A DNA stretch of 64,000 nt from an uncultured Muribaculaceae bacterium (GTDB taxonomy: Bacteria; Bacillota_I; Bacilli_A; RF39; UBA660). This document shows positions 17,337 through 26,975 of this stretch, one piece after another (positions within the stretch are counted from its first letter, which is position 1; the number at the start of each line of letters is the position of its first letter). The notes under the pieces are model-generated. The model did not search any database. It was not told where the DNA came from and saw only the letters and a program-made list of their open reading frames with translations. A program made the translations under genes and the position numbers. The DNA is taken from assembly GCA_964630365.1 (NCBI GenBank), contig CAZVUP010000004.1, positions 1,970 through 65,969 of the forward strand. The letters are read 5' to 3'.

Positions 17337-18088
17337 TAATTAAGTCTTGGAGTTAATATTTCATAACCATCATCAGTAACTAAGATTGTATGCTCATAAT
17401 GTGCTGCTGCTGAACCATCTTGAGTAACTACAGTCCAATCATCATCAAGTAAAAAAACATCTCGATATCCAAATGTAAGCATAGGTTCTACACAAATAAC
17501 CATCCCCGGCTTTAATCTTGCTCCAGTATTAGCAATCCCAAAATTAGGAACTTCAGGATCCTCATGCATATCTTTACCTATTCCATGACCACATAACTCT
17601 CGAACAACGCCTAAATTGTGTGTTTCAGCATAGTTTTGTACTGCTTCCGAAATATCACCTATTCTATTACCAGGCTTTATCATTTTAATTCCTTCATACA
17701 AAGCTTTTTCCGTATGTTCCATTAAATATTTTTTATCATCATCAACTTCACCTACCGCATAAGTCCAAGCTGCATCACCTTGATATCCTTTATATCCGAT
17801 AACAACATCAATTGTAATTATATCGCCATTTTTAAGTTTTCTATTACTAGGAATACCATGAACAACTTCATCATTAACACTTGTACATAGAGCGCAAGGA
17901 AACCCTTCATAGCCTTTGCAAGAAGGAACAGCATCATTATCCAAGATAAATTTTTCACAAAGTCTATCTAATTCTTTAGTAGTTACACCAGCTTTAATAT
18001 AAGGTTTAATAAATTGATGCATCTTAGATACTAACATACCAGCATGACGCATTAATTCTATTTCTCTATCACTTTTAATAGTAATCAT
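17336..18088 (-). CDS. map: Type I methionine aminopeptidase
   Basis: The 250-aa protein carries the metal-ligand context DIVIGYKGYQGDAAWT, GHGIG, VICVEPM and HYEHT. Confidence 0.95.
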   Translation of the reverse strand: MITIKSDREIELMRHAGMLVSKMHQFIKPYIKAGVTTKELDRLCEKFILDNDAVPSCKGYEGFPCALCTSVNDEVVHGIPSNRKLKNGDIITIDVVIGYKGYQGDAAWTYAVGEVDDDKKYLMEHTEKALYEGIKMIKPGNRIGDISEAVQNYAETHNLGVVRELCGHGIGKDMHEDPEVPNFGIANTGARLKPGMVICVEPMLTFGYRDVFLLDDDWTVVTQDGSAAAHYEHTILVTDDGYEILTPRLN

Positions 18089-18152
18089 CTAATCACCCCA
18101 AACAAGTAAATTATACACGCATTTTCTTAAAAAATCCAGGAAAATATATAAA

Positions 18153-18180
18153 TATAAAAACAGTATCATTTCGATACTGT
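18153..18180 (-). terminator. Rho-independent terminator after the surface-protein gene
   Basis: ACAGTATC (18160-18167) pairs with GATACTGT (18173-18180), and TTTTT follows on the minus strand. The stop codon lies inside the hairpin. Confidence 0.55.
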
Positions 18181-19644
18181 TTTTAATTTCTTACCCAACT
18201 TAAATAAATTAGGATAAAATACCATTAATATTGCGACTATACATAAAACTAATGAAATTATAGTTCCTGTATCTGGATTAGTAATTGCTTTCCATTGAAC
18301 ATCAACTACAACATCATCATCAGGCATTACAAAAGTATAATCTTTTTTGTTATATTGAACTGTATTATTAGCAGTATCAGTTATAGTTACTGACGAAACA
18401 GAATAACCAGGATTACTTTTAAATCGCATTTGAACTTTTTCACCAGGTTTAAAATAGTCATTATCAAAATATACACTATCACTACTCTCGGCAGTCATTA
18501 CTTTTCGTTTATAAGTAAAAACAATATCATGAGCTTCCAAGTCTTCAGCTACATGACCAGTTGTATAAAGCATAACAAAGTCTCCATTACGAAGTCTTGC
18601 CACACTATTTAAAATAGTTGCTGCATTTGTTTGACTTTGATTACTTCCAAAAGCAGGTATTGTAGCAATTTCCTTTTCATATATTAAATTATAATTTAAA
18701 TCATATACTGAAATAGAAATAGTACAAGTCTGATTATCCTCGCTAAGTATTTGATTAGTAAACACATAACCATTATCAAGTTCTTCAGCATATTTAACTC
18801 GAGCTAAAATTCCAAAAAACATATGTCCCATTGCCAAATAACTACTTGCTGCATAATCAGGATGCTTTAAAGCAAAATTTTGAAGATCTTCTGTAATTAT
18901 GTAATATCCTTTATTATCCTCATCCATAGTTAAACCAATATATTTTTGTCCCTTTAATTTAACTAATGGTGCAAAACCCGAATTTTCAGGAAAATTATGA
19001 ATAGCATGATAATTCAAATTAGCATCAAGATTATATAATGTTTGTCCATGCACAAATGATGCTTCATGATCAATATTAGAAAACATCATTATTTGATTAT
19101 CATCTAATGAAATAGGTTTTGTCTTAATAACATTAAGATCTAAATCATACTGATAAATCATCGAAGTAGTAACTGAAACTAAGGTATCTCCCAATCTGAC
19201 AACAGGATTTATTTCTCCTAATGGTAAATCTACAGTTTTAAGTAATTTACCATCATTTTCTAATAAAAATGCTTTTTTAGGAAAAGCCACTATAACTCGG
19301 TTATTAGGAAGAGGTATAAGTTTTCCTGTCAAAATACTAGCTTCACCTAACCCCTCAGCCATAAAACTTTGTTTATATACTAAATTATATTTAGAATCAT
19401 ATCTTAAAACAACAATTTCTGGTGAAGTTTCATCTATTTCACCTTGTATACCAAAAATAGCATATCCATCATCATCCATAATACATAAATCACTAAAATA
19501 TAAGGCCGTCCCATTATCGCTCTTATAATCATGTTGAATTCGTTGTCGATACGCCTCCTCATCATCTGCTAAAACACTACATGGCAATAAAAAAACAGCC
19601 ACTAATATTAAACAAATAAAAAATAAATTATTCTTTTTTATCAT
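18166..19644 (-). CDS. Putative sortase-anchored surface protein (NPDTG sorting signal)
   Basis: The start is moved to the ATG at 19644 (AAGGAGTG RBS), which gives the signal peptide MIKKNNLFFICLILVAVFLLPCSVLA. The C-terminus reads NPDTG (18265-18279), then a hydrophobic stretch (TIISLVLCIVAILMVF), then a basic tail (KLGKKLK). Confidence 0.6.
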   Translation of the reverse strand: MIKKNNLFFICLILVAVFLLPCSVLADDEEAYRQRIQHDYKSDNGTALYFSDLCIMDDDGYAIFGIQGEIDETSPEIVVLRYDSKYNLVYKQSFMAEGLGEASILTGKLIPLPNNRVIVAFPKKAFLLENDGKLLKTVDLPLGEINPVVRLGDTLVSVTTSMIYQYDLDLNVIKTKPISLDDNQIMMFSNIDHEASFVHGQTLYNLDANLNYHAIHNFPENSGFAPLVKLKGQKYIGLTMDEDNKGYYIITEDLQNFALKHPDYAASSYLAMGHMFFGILARVKYAEELDNGYVFTNQILSEDNQTCTISISVYDLNYNLIYEKEIATIPAFGSNQSQTNAATILNSVARLRNGDFVMLYTTGHVAEDLEAHDIVFTYKRKVMTAESSDSVYFDNDYFKPGEKVQMRFKSNPGYSVSSVTITDTANNTVQYNKKDYTFVMPDDDVVVDVQWKAITNPDTGTIISLVLCIVAILMVFYPNLFKLGKKLKTVSK

Positions 19645-19737
19645 AAATTCACTCCTTCTATCATCAATACCAATAATACAAGAAAAAAAATGGTTTGTAT
19701 GCAAACTAGTGATATACAAAAAAAGAATGATAAATAA

Positions 19738-19890
19738 TCACTCTTCATCAAACATATTGTACATCATTTGACTAACATTTTTACCCATTTCACGCATTTT
19801 ACAAGCCGTTTCAGGATGTTTTTTCATATACATATAACCAAAAATACCCATCCCACCAATTGCAGCCATTACTTTAGTCATCATTTTCAT
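19738..19890 (-). CDS. Small Met-rich membrane peptide (50 aa), absent from the ORF track
   Basis: An ATG follows AGAGGTGATAGT. The translation is MKMMTKVMAAIGGMGIFGYMYMKKHPETACKMREMGKNVSQMMYNMFDEE. It has one hydrophobic helix and 12 Met in 50 residues, and it lies in an otherwise empty 200-nt gap. Confidence 0.4.
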   Translation of the reverse strand: MKMMTKVMAAIGGMGIFGYMYMKKHPETACKMREMGKNVSQMMYNMFDEE

Positions 19891-19925
19891 ACTATCACCT
19901 CTACGAGTAGTATGAACACATATTA

Positions 19926-22118
19926 TTAATCTATACCATAAATTAAATAATCTTTAATAGTAGTCCTTCTTTCATCTTCCTTATTATTAGCAGCAGCCAT
20001 CTCAAGAGCCTTATAATCACCTACTAAATATAGTTTTTTCTTAGCTCTTGTAACTGCTGTATATATTAATTTTTGATATAACATTTTGTTATATCCCTTA
20101 ACCATAGGAATAACAACAACATCGAATTCTGATCCTTGTGCCTTATGAATACTAATTGCATAAGCTAAACGAAAATTATTAAAATTTGCCGGTGTATATT
20201 TAACAATATTGCCATCAAAATCGATATAAACCTCTTTCTTATTCCCAACAATTATTCTGTCAATTAAACCAATATCACCATTATAAACATTATCATCAGG
20301 CATATTAGTAAGTTGAATAACCTTATCATTTTCTCTAAATAGAACATCTCCAATCCTGTTTTCTTTTATAGTATTATCTTTAGGATTAAAGATGTTTTGA
20401 GCAGTAATATTTATTTTATCAATACCTGTTATTCCCTTATACATAGGAGCAAGTATCTGAAAACTTTTATAACTTAAATCTTTATATGTATTACAAATTT
20501 CATAAATATTATTCAAAACTTCATTATCAGAGCACTCAATAAAAGTAAGATCCTCATCAACATTAAAAATATCTCTATTTATATAACTATTTCTAATATC
20601 ATAAGCTAAAGTAATAATATTAGAATTATCACCTTGGCGATATAATTCATTAAGTCGGATAACAGTTAGCATTTCACTAGAAATCAAATCATGCAAAACT
20701 TGTCCAGCACCAACACTTGGTAATTGATTATCATCACCTACAATGATTATCTTGCATTTAGAAGATAAGCCCTTAAGTAAACTAGCCATTAGCAAAGTAT
20801 CAATCATACTAGCTTCATCAATAATAACTATTTCAGCTTTACTACGATTATATTCATTAATTTGAAACTTATTTGCCTCTTTTTGCCATTTTAAAAATCT
20901 ATGAATCGTACTAGCCGGCATGAGTGTCGCCTCACTCATTCTCTTAGCAGCTCTTCCAGTAGGTGCCAGTAAAACCATTTTTTCAATTAATTCAGAATAA
21001 CTAAGTTTATTTAATTCCCGATAAAGTTCACAAATACCCTTCATAATAGTAGTCTTGCCAGTCCCAGGCCCACCTGTAATTATTAAAAAATCACGCATAC
21101 AACTCTTAACAATAGCTTCTTTCTGAGAAGTATTATACTTAATTCCTAATTTTTCTTCTAAAGCCTCTAGTTTACTATCTAAATTTTTATACTTAGTCTC
21201 TTTATTATTATTAAGCATTCTAAATCTTTTAACAATCAAAGTTTCAGCCTCATACATCTCTTTTAAATAGTGTCTTTCTCCCTTAACAACTATTTTTAAA
21301 TCCTTAATTAATATTTTAAAAGCTTTATCACTAATAGAAGTATCAACAACAACTCCTAAAACTCTTGGTAGATAAGATAAAATTTCATCACGAGAAAAAT
21401 AACTATGACCATAAGTATTACTAACTTCTTCCATGATATATATAATGGCCGCACATACTCTATTTAAATCATCTTTACTAACACCATTACGTAAAGCAAT
21501 CATATCAATTTTTTTAAATGACAATTCAAAAATATCATCAATAATTTTATATAAATTATCACTAATTACATTCTTAGTTTTACTCTTATAATAATTATAA
21601 ATAAGCATAGAATCCCGTGTAGAAAAACCTAAGTCAGTTAGTTCTATAATTATTTCATAACTAGCCTCATACTCTTTTAATTTACTATGCAAAACATCTA
21701 TGTTTTTTTTCGTAATACCCGGTATTAAAATTAAATTATCCGGATTTTCCAGAATAATTTTTAAAGTGTCTTTTCCTAAGACATCAACAATCTTTTTAGC
21801 TTTAACTTCCCCAATTCCAGGAAACAAACCACTAGTTAGAAATTCAACTATTCCATCTTTATCTTCTGGTTTTACTCTCTCATAACTATCAACCTGAAAT
21901 TGTTCCCCATACTTATCATGATTAACTAATTTCCCATAAAAAATATATCTATCAAGATTATTTAATTCATGAAAATAACCAGTAAAGGTAATACTTCTAC
22001 CTATATAGTCAGCAACTTTTTCATCATTTGTATCACTAACCTTAAAAATTCCGATAATATAACCGGAATTACTTTGATAAATACTTTTTGAAAATGTCCC
22101 TTTAATATAAGTAGCCAT
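19926..22118 (-). CDS. recD2: RecD2-type ATP-dependent DNA helicase
   Basis: Motifs include ITGGPGTGKTT, VLLAPTGRAAKRM, IIDEASM and AISIHKAQGSEF. The start is set at MATYIKGTF (22118), which removes the overlap with mtaB. Confidence 0.9.
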   Translation of the reverse strand: MATYIKGTFSKSIYQSNSGYIIGIFKVSDTNDEKVADYIGRSITFTGYFHELNNLDRYIFYGKLVNHDKYGEQFQVDSYERVKPEDKDGIVEFLTSGLFPGIGEVKAKKIVDVLGKDTLKIILENPDNLILIPGITKKNIDVLHSKLKEYEASYEIIIELTDLGFSTRDSMLIYNYYKSKTKNVISDNLYKIIDDIFELSFKKIDMIALRNGVSKDDLNRVCAAIIYIMEEVSNTYGHSYFSRDEILSYLPRVLGVVVDTSISDKAFKILIKDLKIVVKGERHYLKEMYEAETLIVKRFRMLNNNKETKYKNLDSKLEALEEKLGIKYNTSQKEAIVKSCMRDFLIITGGPGTGKTTIMKGICELYRELNKLSYSELIEKMVLLAPTGRAAKRMSEATLMPASTIHRFLKWQKEANKFQINEYNRSKAEIVIIDEASMIDTLLMASLLKGLSSKCKIIIVGDDNQLPSVGAGQVLHDLISSEMLTVIRLNELYRQGDNSNIITLAYDIRNSYINRDIFNVDEDLTFIECSDNEVLNNIYEICNTYKDLSYKSFQILAPMYKGITGIDKINITAQNIFNPKDNTIKENRIGDVLFRENDKVIQLTNMPDDNVYNGDIGLIDRIIVGNKKEVYIDFDGNIVKYTPANFNNFRLAYAISIHKAQGSEFDVVVIPMVKGYNKMLYQKLIYTAVTRAKKKLYLVGDYKALEMAAANNKEDERRTTIKDYLIYGID

Positions 22119-22128
22119 AATATCCTTT

Positions 22129-23406
22129 CTAGCTAATTTCTCCAATACAGTATGGATAATCAACTCTAACTATTTTAACTTTAATGATTTCATTATGTGG
22201 TAACTCACCTTTAATTTTAACGTATAAAAAGTTCCCAGTATGACCATAACTATAACCATCTTTATATTCTTCTATTAAAACATCAACTTCCCGATTAATA
22301 AATTTCTGCATATAATTAGTTTCTAATTCATGAGAAACTGCTATTAATCTTCTAGCTCTATCTTTTTTCACACTACCATCAAGTTTACCATCAAGCGTAG
22401 CTGCTACTGTACCTTTTCTTTCACTAAAAGGAAAAACGTGTAGTTTGCTAAATTCTAATTTCCTACAAGTATCAATTGTTGTTTGAAAGTCTTCTTCACT
22501 CTCATCTGGAAAACCTACAATTACATCTGTACTAATCGCTATTTCTGGTCTAATAGACCTAATTTCAGCTATTTTATCAAAAAAGTAAGCTAAATCATAT
22601 TTTCTCTTCATTGCCTTTAGTATCTTATCACTACCAGCTTGAATAGGGATATGCAAATGATCAACTAAAACTTTTGATTTTTTTAAAACTTCTAACACAT
22701 CATCATTTAATTCAGTTGTCTCAATTGAAGAAATTCTAAGTCTATCTAATCCAGGAATTTCAACACAACGTTTTAATAAATCAGCAAAACTAGTTTCTAA
22801 ATCAACTCCGTAACTACCAGTATGAATACCTGTAAGAACGATTTCTCGATAACCATTATTAACTAAATCCTTAATTTCAGAAATAACCTTATCTTCATCT
22901 TTACTTCGGCACTTACCACGAACAAATGGAATAATGCAATAAGAACAAAAATTATCGCACCCATCCTGAATTTTTACAAAAGCTCTAGTCCGACCAGGAA
23001 ATGAGTTAATATACATATCTTCGAATTCCTTTAAACGTCCCTTATACTGAAGCTTCATAACTTCCTTATTTTTAAAATACTCATCTAACAATTCAACTAT
23101 CCGAGCTTTATCTTTATTCGCAATAGTAATATCCAATCCATCAATAGAATAGTCTTGATTAGCTGCAATAAAACATCCCATTGCTACAACACAAGCATCA
23201 CTATTTCTTCTAATAGCTTGTCTTATCATTTTCATACTCTTTGAATCACTCTGATTAGTAACAGTACAAGTATTAATAATATAGATATCACATATATCAT
23301 CAAAATCTTTAATAATATATCCAGCTTTTTTTAACTCATTTATGACATATTCCGACTCATAAGTATTAACCTTACAACCAAGAGTTAAAACACCAACACT
23401 ACGCAT
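22129..23406 (-). CDS. mtaB: MiaB-like radical-SAM tRNA methylthiotransferase (MtaB type)
   Basis: An N-terminal UPF0004 region (VGVLTLGCKVNTYESE) is followed by the radical-SAM cluster motif CDNFCSYCIIP and a C-terminal TRAM-like tail. Confidence 0.85.
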   Translation of the reverse strand: MRSVGVLTLGCKVNTYESEYVINELKKAGYIIKDFDDICDIYIINTCTVTNQSDSKSMKMIRQAIRRNSDACVVAMGCFIAANQDYSIDGLDITIANKDKARIVELLDEYFKNKEVMKLQYKGRLKEFEDMYINSFPGRTRAFVKIQDGCDNFCSYCIIPFVRGKCRSKDEDKVISEIKDLVNNGYREIVLTGIHTGSYGVDLETSFADLLKRCVEIPGLDRLRISSIETTELNDDVLEVLKKSKVLVDHLHIPIQAGSDKILKAMKRKYDLAYFFDKIAEIRSIRPEIAISTDVIVGFPDESEEDFQTTIDTCRKLEFSKLHVFPFSERKGTVAATLDGKLDGSVKKDRARRLIAVSHELETNYMQKFINREVDVLIEEYKDGYSYGHTGNFLYVKIKGELPHNEIIKVKIVRVDYPYCIGEIS

Positions 23407-23484
23407 AATACCACCCTCTAATTAAGTATACTCATCCCAAGTAACTTTCCGTTAATAAATTATATCACACTAAATAAAAATATA

Positions 23485-23510
23485 AAATAAAAATAGGTAA
23501 AAACCTATTT
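23485..23510 (-). terminator. Rho-independent terminator
   Basis: AAATAGGT (23491-23498) pairs with ACCTATTT (23503-23510), followed by a T-run on the minus strand. Confidence 0.5.
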
Positions 23511-23512
23511 TA

Positions 23513-24547
23513 TTAATCCAATTTCTTTTGTAATTCTCTAAGTGTCATCAAGAACTCATTAGTTTTCTTAATTTCTTGATCAAGCTTTTCATAATTAGCT
23601 GTATTTTCTAATTCAATATCAGTATCTTTTTCTTTATTCTCAATCCCATATATTGGTGAAATAATAGGACTACTTTTAAATTTATAAGTCTTAGATTCAT
23701 TACTAAGAGGAACTTTAACAGAACTAAAATCTTCAAGCACAACTTTATTTGTAGCAGGTTGCATAACAGTAGGAGCATCTACTGCTTTTACTTCAGCGAC
23801 AACATTATTAGTAACTGGTAAAACATCACTAACATTATCATTTAATTCTACTTCGTTAACAGCATCACTAATCTCAAAATTTTCTGTATAGATAGCACCA
23901 GTTTTTCCCGCTTGACGTGCTAACTCATCCAAACTTATTGGTACAGTATTATCATCAATATACTGTGTCTTTTCATTATTCTCATATAGTTCTTTACTCT
24001 TTTTAACTAACTCTTCCAAACTAATTATAGCACTTTCTTCTTGCAAATCTTCATAATTATTAATTAATTCTGGTTCACTAACTTGTTGTAAGTTTTCATA
24101 ACTATTAATAATCTCCGGTTCCCTAACCTCTTCTACTACAGTATTTTCTTCTTGTGCTTTTTCAAGTTCTTCACGTAGCTTTTGTAACTCGAGTTTAGCC
24201 GTAGCTTGATCTGGCTCAATGGTTGTATATTCTAATTTTTCTTCTATTTGCTCAGGCTCTTTTTCTACTCTTTCAGGAACAACAACTGCATTATCAGCTT
24301 CTGGCTTTACTTCTTCAATAGTCTCTAATACTGGCTCATCAGAATAGTTAACTTCATTTTCTTCTCCAACTTCTTCTTGGATTTGTTCAACTAATTTATT
24401 AAGCTCTCTAGTATTACTACGTCTTTTACGCTTATCTGTATTCTTTTCAACTAAATATATAATGAAACATAGTACACAAGCTAAGCCTATAACTATATAT
24501 ACAACCATAATTTCTTCAGAAGTTAAAAAATTGATTAATTCATTCAT
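23513..24547 (-). CDS. Bitopic membrane protein with a large Glu-rich cytoplasmic domain (function unknown)
   Basis: The protein has an N-terminal TM helix followed by KRKRR and is highly acidic. It contains a tandem 14-aa repeat, EPEIINSYENLQQ / EPELINNYEDLQE (24038-24124), and a conserved-looking C-terminal SPIISPIYGI motif. Confidence 0.55.
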   Translation of the reverse strand: MNELINFLTSEEIMVVYIVIGLACVLCFIIYLVEKNTDKRKRRSNTRELNKLVEQIQEEVGEENEVNYSDEPVLETIEEVKPEADNAVVVPERVEKEPEQIEEKLEYTTIEPDQATAKLELQKLREELEKAQEENTVVEEVREPEIINSYENLQQVSEPELINNYEDLQEESAIISLEELVKKSKELYENNEKTQYIDDNTVPISLDELARQAGKTGAIYTENFEISDAVNEVELNDNVSDVLPVTNNVVAEVKAVDAPTVMQPATNKVVLEDFSSVKVPLSNESKTYKFKSSPIISPIYGIENKEKDTDIELENTANYEKLDQEIKKTNEFLMTLRELQKKLD

Positions 24548-24749
24548 AATGCCACCTCTATTTTCAGTTTAACACATTATATATAATCATTATCATAAAA
24601 TATTTACTAATATTTATAATTGACAATACTTTTTACAAAAATAATCTTATGTTCGATATCGACCATATTCGACATCCTACAACAATAAAATCATAACATA
24701 TCTATTTTTATAATGAAATATTTTTTTACAATTTTTCATAAAAATTAAT

Positions 24750-26039
24750 ATGAAAGAAAAATTTATTAAATCTACTATAATTCTCTTAATTGGCGGATTT
24801 CTAACAAAAATTCTCGGAATGCTTATAAAAATTATCATGGCCCGAATTATCGGTACCAAAACATTAGGAACTTATATGTTAATTCTACCAACATTTTCTC
24901 TTTTAATCAGCCTTAGTCAATTTGGTCTTCCAATAGCCCTTTCTAAACTAATTTCAGAAGAAACAAGAAACAATAAAAATCTTTTCTTTACTCTCTTACC
25001 ACTCTTAGTAGCAATTAATATCTTACTATCTATCTTAATAGTAATAACGGCCCCAATAATTAGTACAAGACTATTACACAATGATAATACCTATCTAGCA
25101 ATTTTAGCCATGTCCCTAGTTATACCTTTCACATCAACATCGAGTATCTGTAGAAGCTATTTTTTTGGCAAATCAAGAATGTTCCCCCATGTTCTATCAA
25201 ACATCATTGAAGACATAACTAGACTTTTATTATTAATTACAACTCTACCAAAAATTATTCTTTATGGAACAAAATACGCTGTAGCTTATCTAGTCTTAAT
25301 AAACATAATTAGTGAAATAGCATCAACAATAGTTTTAATCTTCTTTCTACCAAAAAATATAAAAATAACTAAAAAAGACTTTATACCAAATAAAAACTAT
25401 CTAAAAGATAGCCTAAAAATAAGTATTCCTAATACCAGTACTAGACTAATAGGAAGTATTGGTTATTTTCTAGAACCAATTATAATATCAACCATTCTCT
25501 TAAAAGTGGGTTATACAACTAACTATATAACTACTGAATATGGTATCATTTCTGGTTATGTAATACCCTTAATATTATTACCATCATTCTTTACACTAGC
25601 CATATCTCAAGCACTACTTCCCATAATATCAAAAGAATATACTAAAGGAAATAAAATATATGTAAAAAGAAAAATAATTCAAGCTATTGTCTTATCTTTA
25701 CTTATAGGTATCCCCGTAACTATTATTTTAGTCTTAAAACCAGCCTATTTTCTAAATTTAATCTACCATACAAACGAAGGTACAACATACATAAAAATAC
25801 TTGCTCCAATATGTATATTTCAGTATATTCAAGCACCGCTTGCAAGTTCTTTAGATGCTATGGCTAAAAGTAAAGATGCCTTTCTAGCAACCCTCTATGG
25901 CACAATAATTAGAACAACTACACTCTATCTAACATCATATTTAAAAATAGGATTCTATTCACTAATCATCGCCACTAGCCTAAATATATTAGTAGTAACA
26001 TTCTATGAAATAAAAAAAGTAAGAAAATATCTTACTTAG
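24750..26039 (+). CDS. MOP-superfamily polysaccharide/lipid-II flippase (SpoVB/MurJ-like)
   Basis: The 429-aa polytopic protein has the N-terminus FIKSTIILLIGGFLTKILGMLIKIIMARIIGTKTLGTY, typical of the SpoVB/MurJ family. Confidence 0.75.
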   Translation: MKEKFIKSTIILLIGGFLTKILGMLIKIIMARIIGTKTLGTYMLILPTFSLLISLSQFGLPIALSKLISEETRNNKNLFFTLLPLLVAINILLSILIVITAPIISTRLLHNDNTYLAILAMSLVIPFTSTSSICRSYFFGKSRMFPHVLSNIIEDITRLLLLITTLPKIILYGTKYAVAYLVLINIISEIASTIVLIFFLPKNIKITKKDFIPNKNYLKDSLKISIPNTSTRLIGSIGYFLEPIIISTILLKVGYTTNYITTEYGIISGYVIPLILLPSFFTLAISQALLPIISKEYTKGNKIYVKRKIIQAIVLSLLIGIPVTIILVLKPAYFLNLIYHTNEGTTYIKILAPICIFQYIQAPLASSLDAMAKSKDAFLATLYGTIIRTTTLYLTSYLKIGFYSLIIATSLNILVVTFYEIKKVRKYLT

Positions 26040-26961
26040 TTTTAACTATTTCTTTGTCATCTTCCATACCTCTATAATATTCTAATCTTTGTAACTCCAT
26101 ATAATAAGCATCAACTAAATCTTTTAATGTAGGAGTTATATGATATGTTTGTCCTCCTGGTAATCTTGTTATAGAAATATGAGTAAAATCCACTAAGAAC
26201 CTACTTATCAAAGAACAAGCATCAGAATAAAGCTGATCATCAACAAATATAGTTCTAAAAGGAGTTGAACCTTCAGTTTTTTCAAAAAAACCTTTAATTT
26301 TAGAATGTAAAATAATATTAATATGTTCATTAAGAAGTAAATCTTCATCATAATTTCCTGGATCTATTTTTGAAATATTATCTTCTATTATTGTAGGAAT
26401 AAATGATTTAATAAATTGATCATAATAGAAATCACCATATAATTTATCAGAATATATTTGATCTATATGCTGTAATGTTTTTTCAAAATCCGTATCACTT
26501 TGATCTCCATAGCCACATCTTCTATAATCAAACATATAATAAAGATCTAATATTTTTTTTAAAGTTGTATTTATAGTCACTTCATAAATTCTAGAATTTT
26601 CATCTTTAGACCAACAAGAAACTTTCAAATGATCTCGAAGAATATAAATAAGTATATCAAAAGCTATATCAAAATAGTTTTCTTGAATATAAAATGTATT
26701 TTCACCAGAGATAAAAAGGCCAGGTCCATGATAAGGTTGTATTTTTATCTTTTCATCAATAATTGTTTTGTCTTTAACATCATAAGGACTCCAATGTTTA
26801 CTATCTATAGAAAAGGTATCAAAATGATCATCTAAAGACACATTTATAAATATTGGTAAAAACTCTCTCATAAATCCCATTATAATATCTGTTATAGCGT
26901 CACTTTCTACATCTTGAGAATAACTTTTCATATCTTCTATTTTTTCATAAAAATTAGCCAT
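26032..26961 (-). CDS. Paralog 4 of a tandem four-gene family (two-module cytoplasmic protein, unknown function)
   Basis: The protein starts MANFYEK, follows an AAGGAG RBS, and ends YYMELQRLEYYRGMEDDK. The N- and C-halves align with each other. Confidence 0.75.
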   Translation of the reverse strand: MANFYEKIEDMKSYSQDVESDAITDIIMGFMREFLPIFINVSLDDHFDTFSIDSKHWSPYDVKDKTIIDEKIKIQPYHGPGLFISGENTFYIQENYFDIAFDILIYILRDHLKVSCWSKDENSRIYEVTINTTLKKILDLYYMFDYRRCGYGDQSDTDFEKTLQHIDQIYSDKLYGDFYYDQFIKSFIPTIIEDNISKIDPGNYDEDLLLNEHINIILHSKIKGFFEKTEGSTPFRTIFVDDQLYSDACSLISRFLVDFTHISITRLPGGQTYHITPTLKDLVDAYYMELQRLEYYRGMEDDKEIVKTK

Positions 26962-26975
26962 ATAAATTCTCCTTA

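Noticed and set aside
24620-24625. A consensus TTGACA on the plus strand upstream of the flippase gene, considered as a -35 box.
   Set aside because: No acceptable -10 hexamer lies at 16-19 nt spacing, so it cannot be supported as a promoter.
24677-24859. A 60-aa minus-strand ORF spanning the flippase start region.
   Set aside because: It overlaps the well-supported N-terminus of the SpoVB/MurJ-like gene on the opposite strand and has no RBS.
24750-26039. The SpoVB-like flippase as evidence for sporulation capacity.
   Set aside because: MOP flippases of this type (MurJ, SpoVB, Wzx) cannot be distinguished by eye. No other sporulation gene is present in the window, and spo0B is absent from its usual site.
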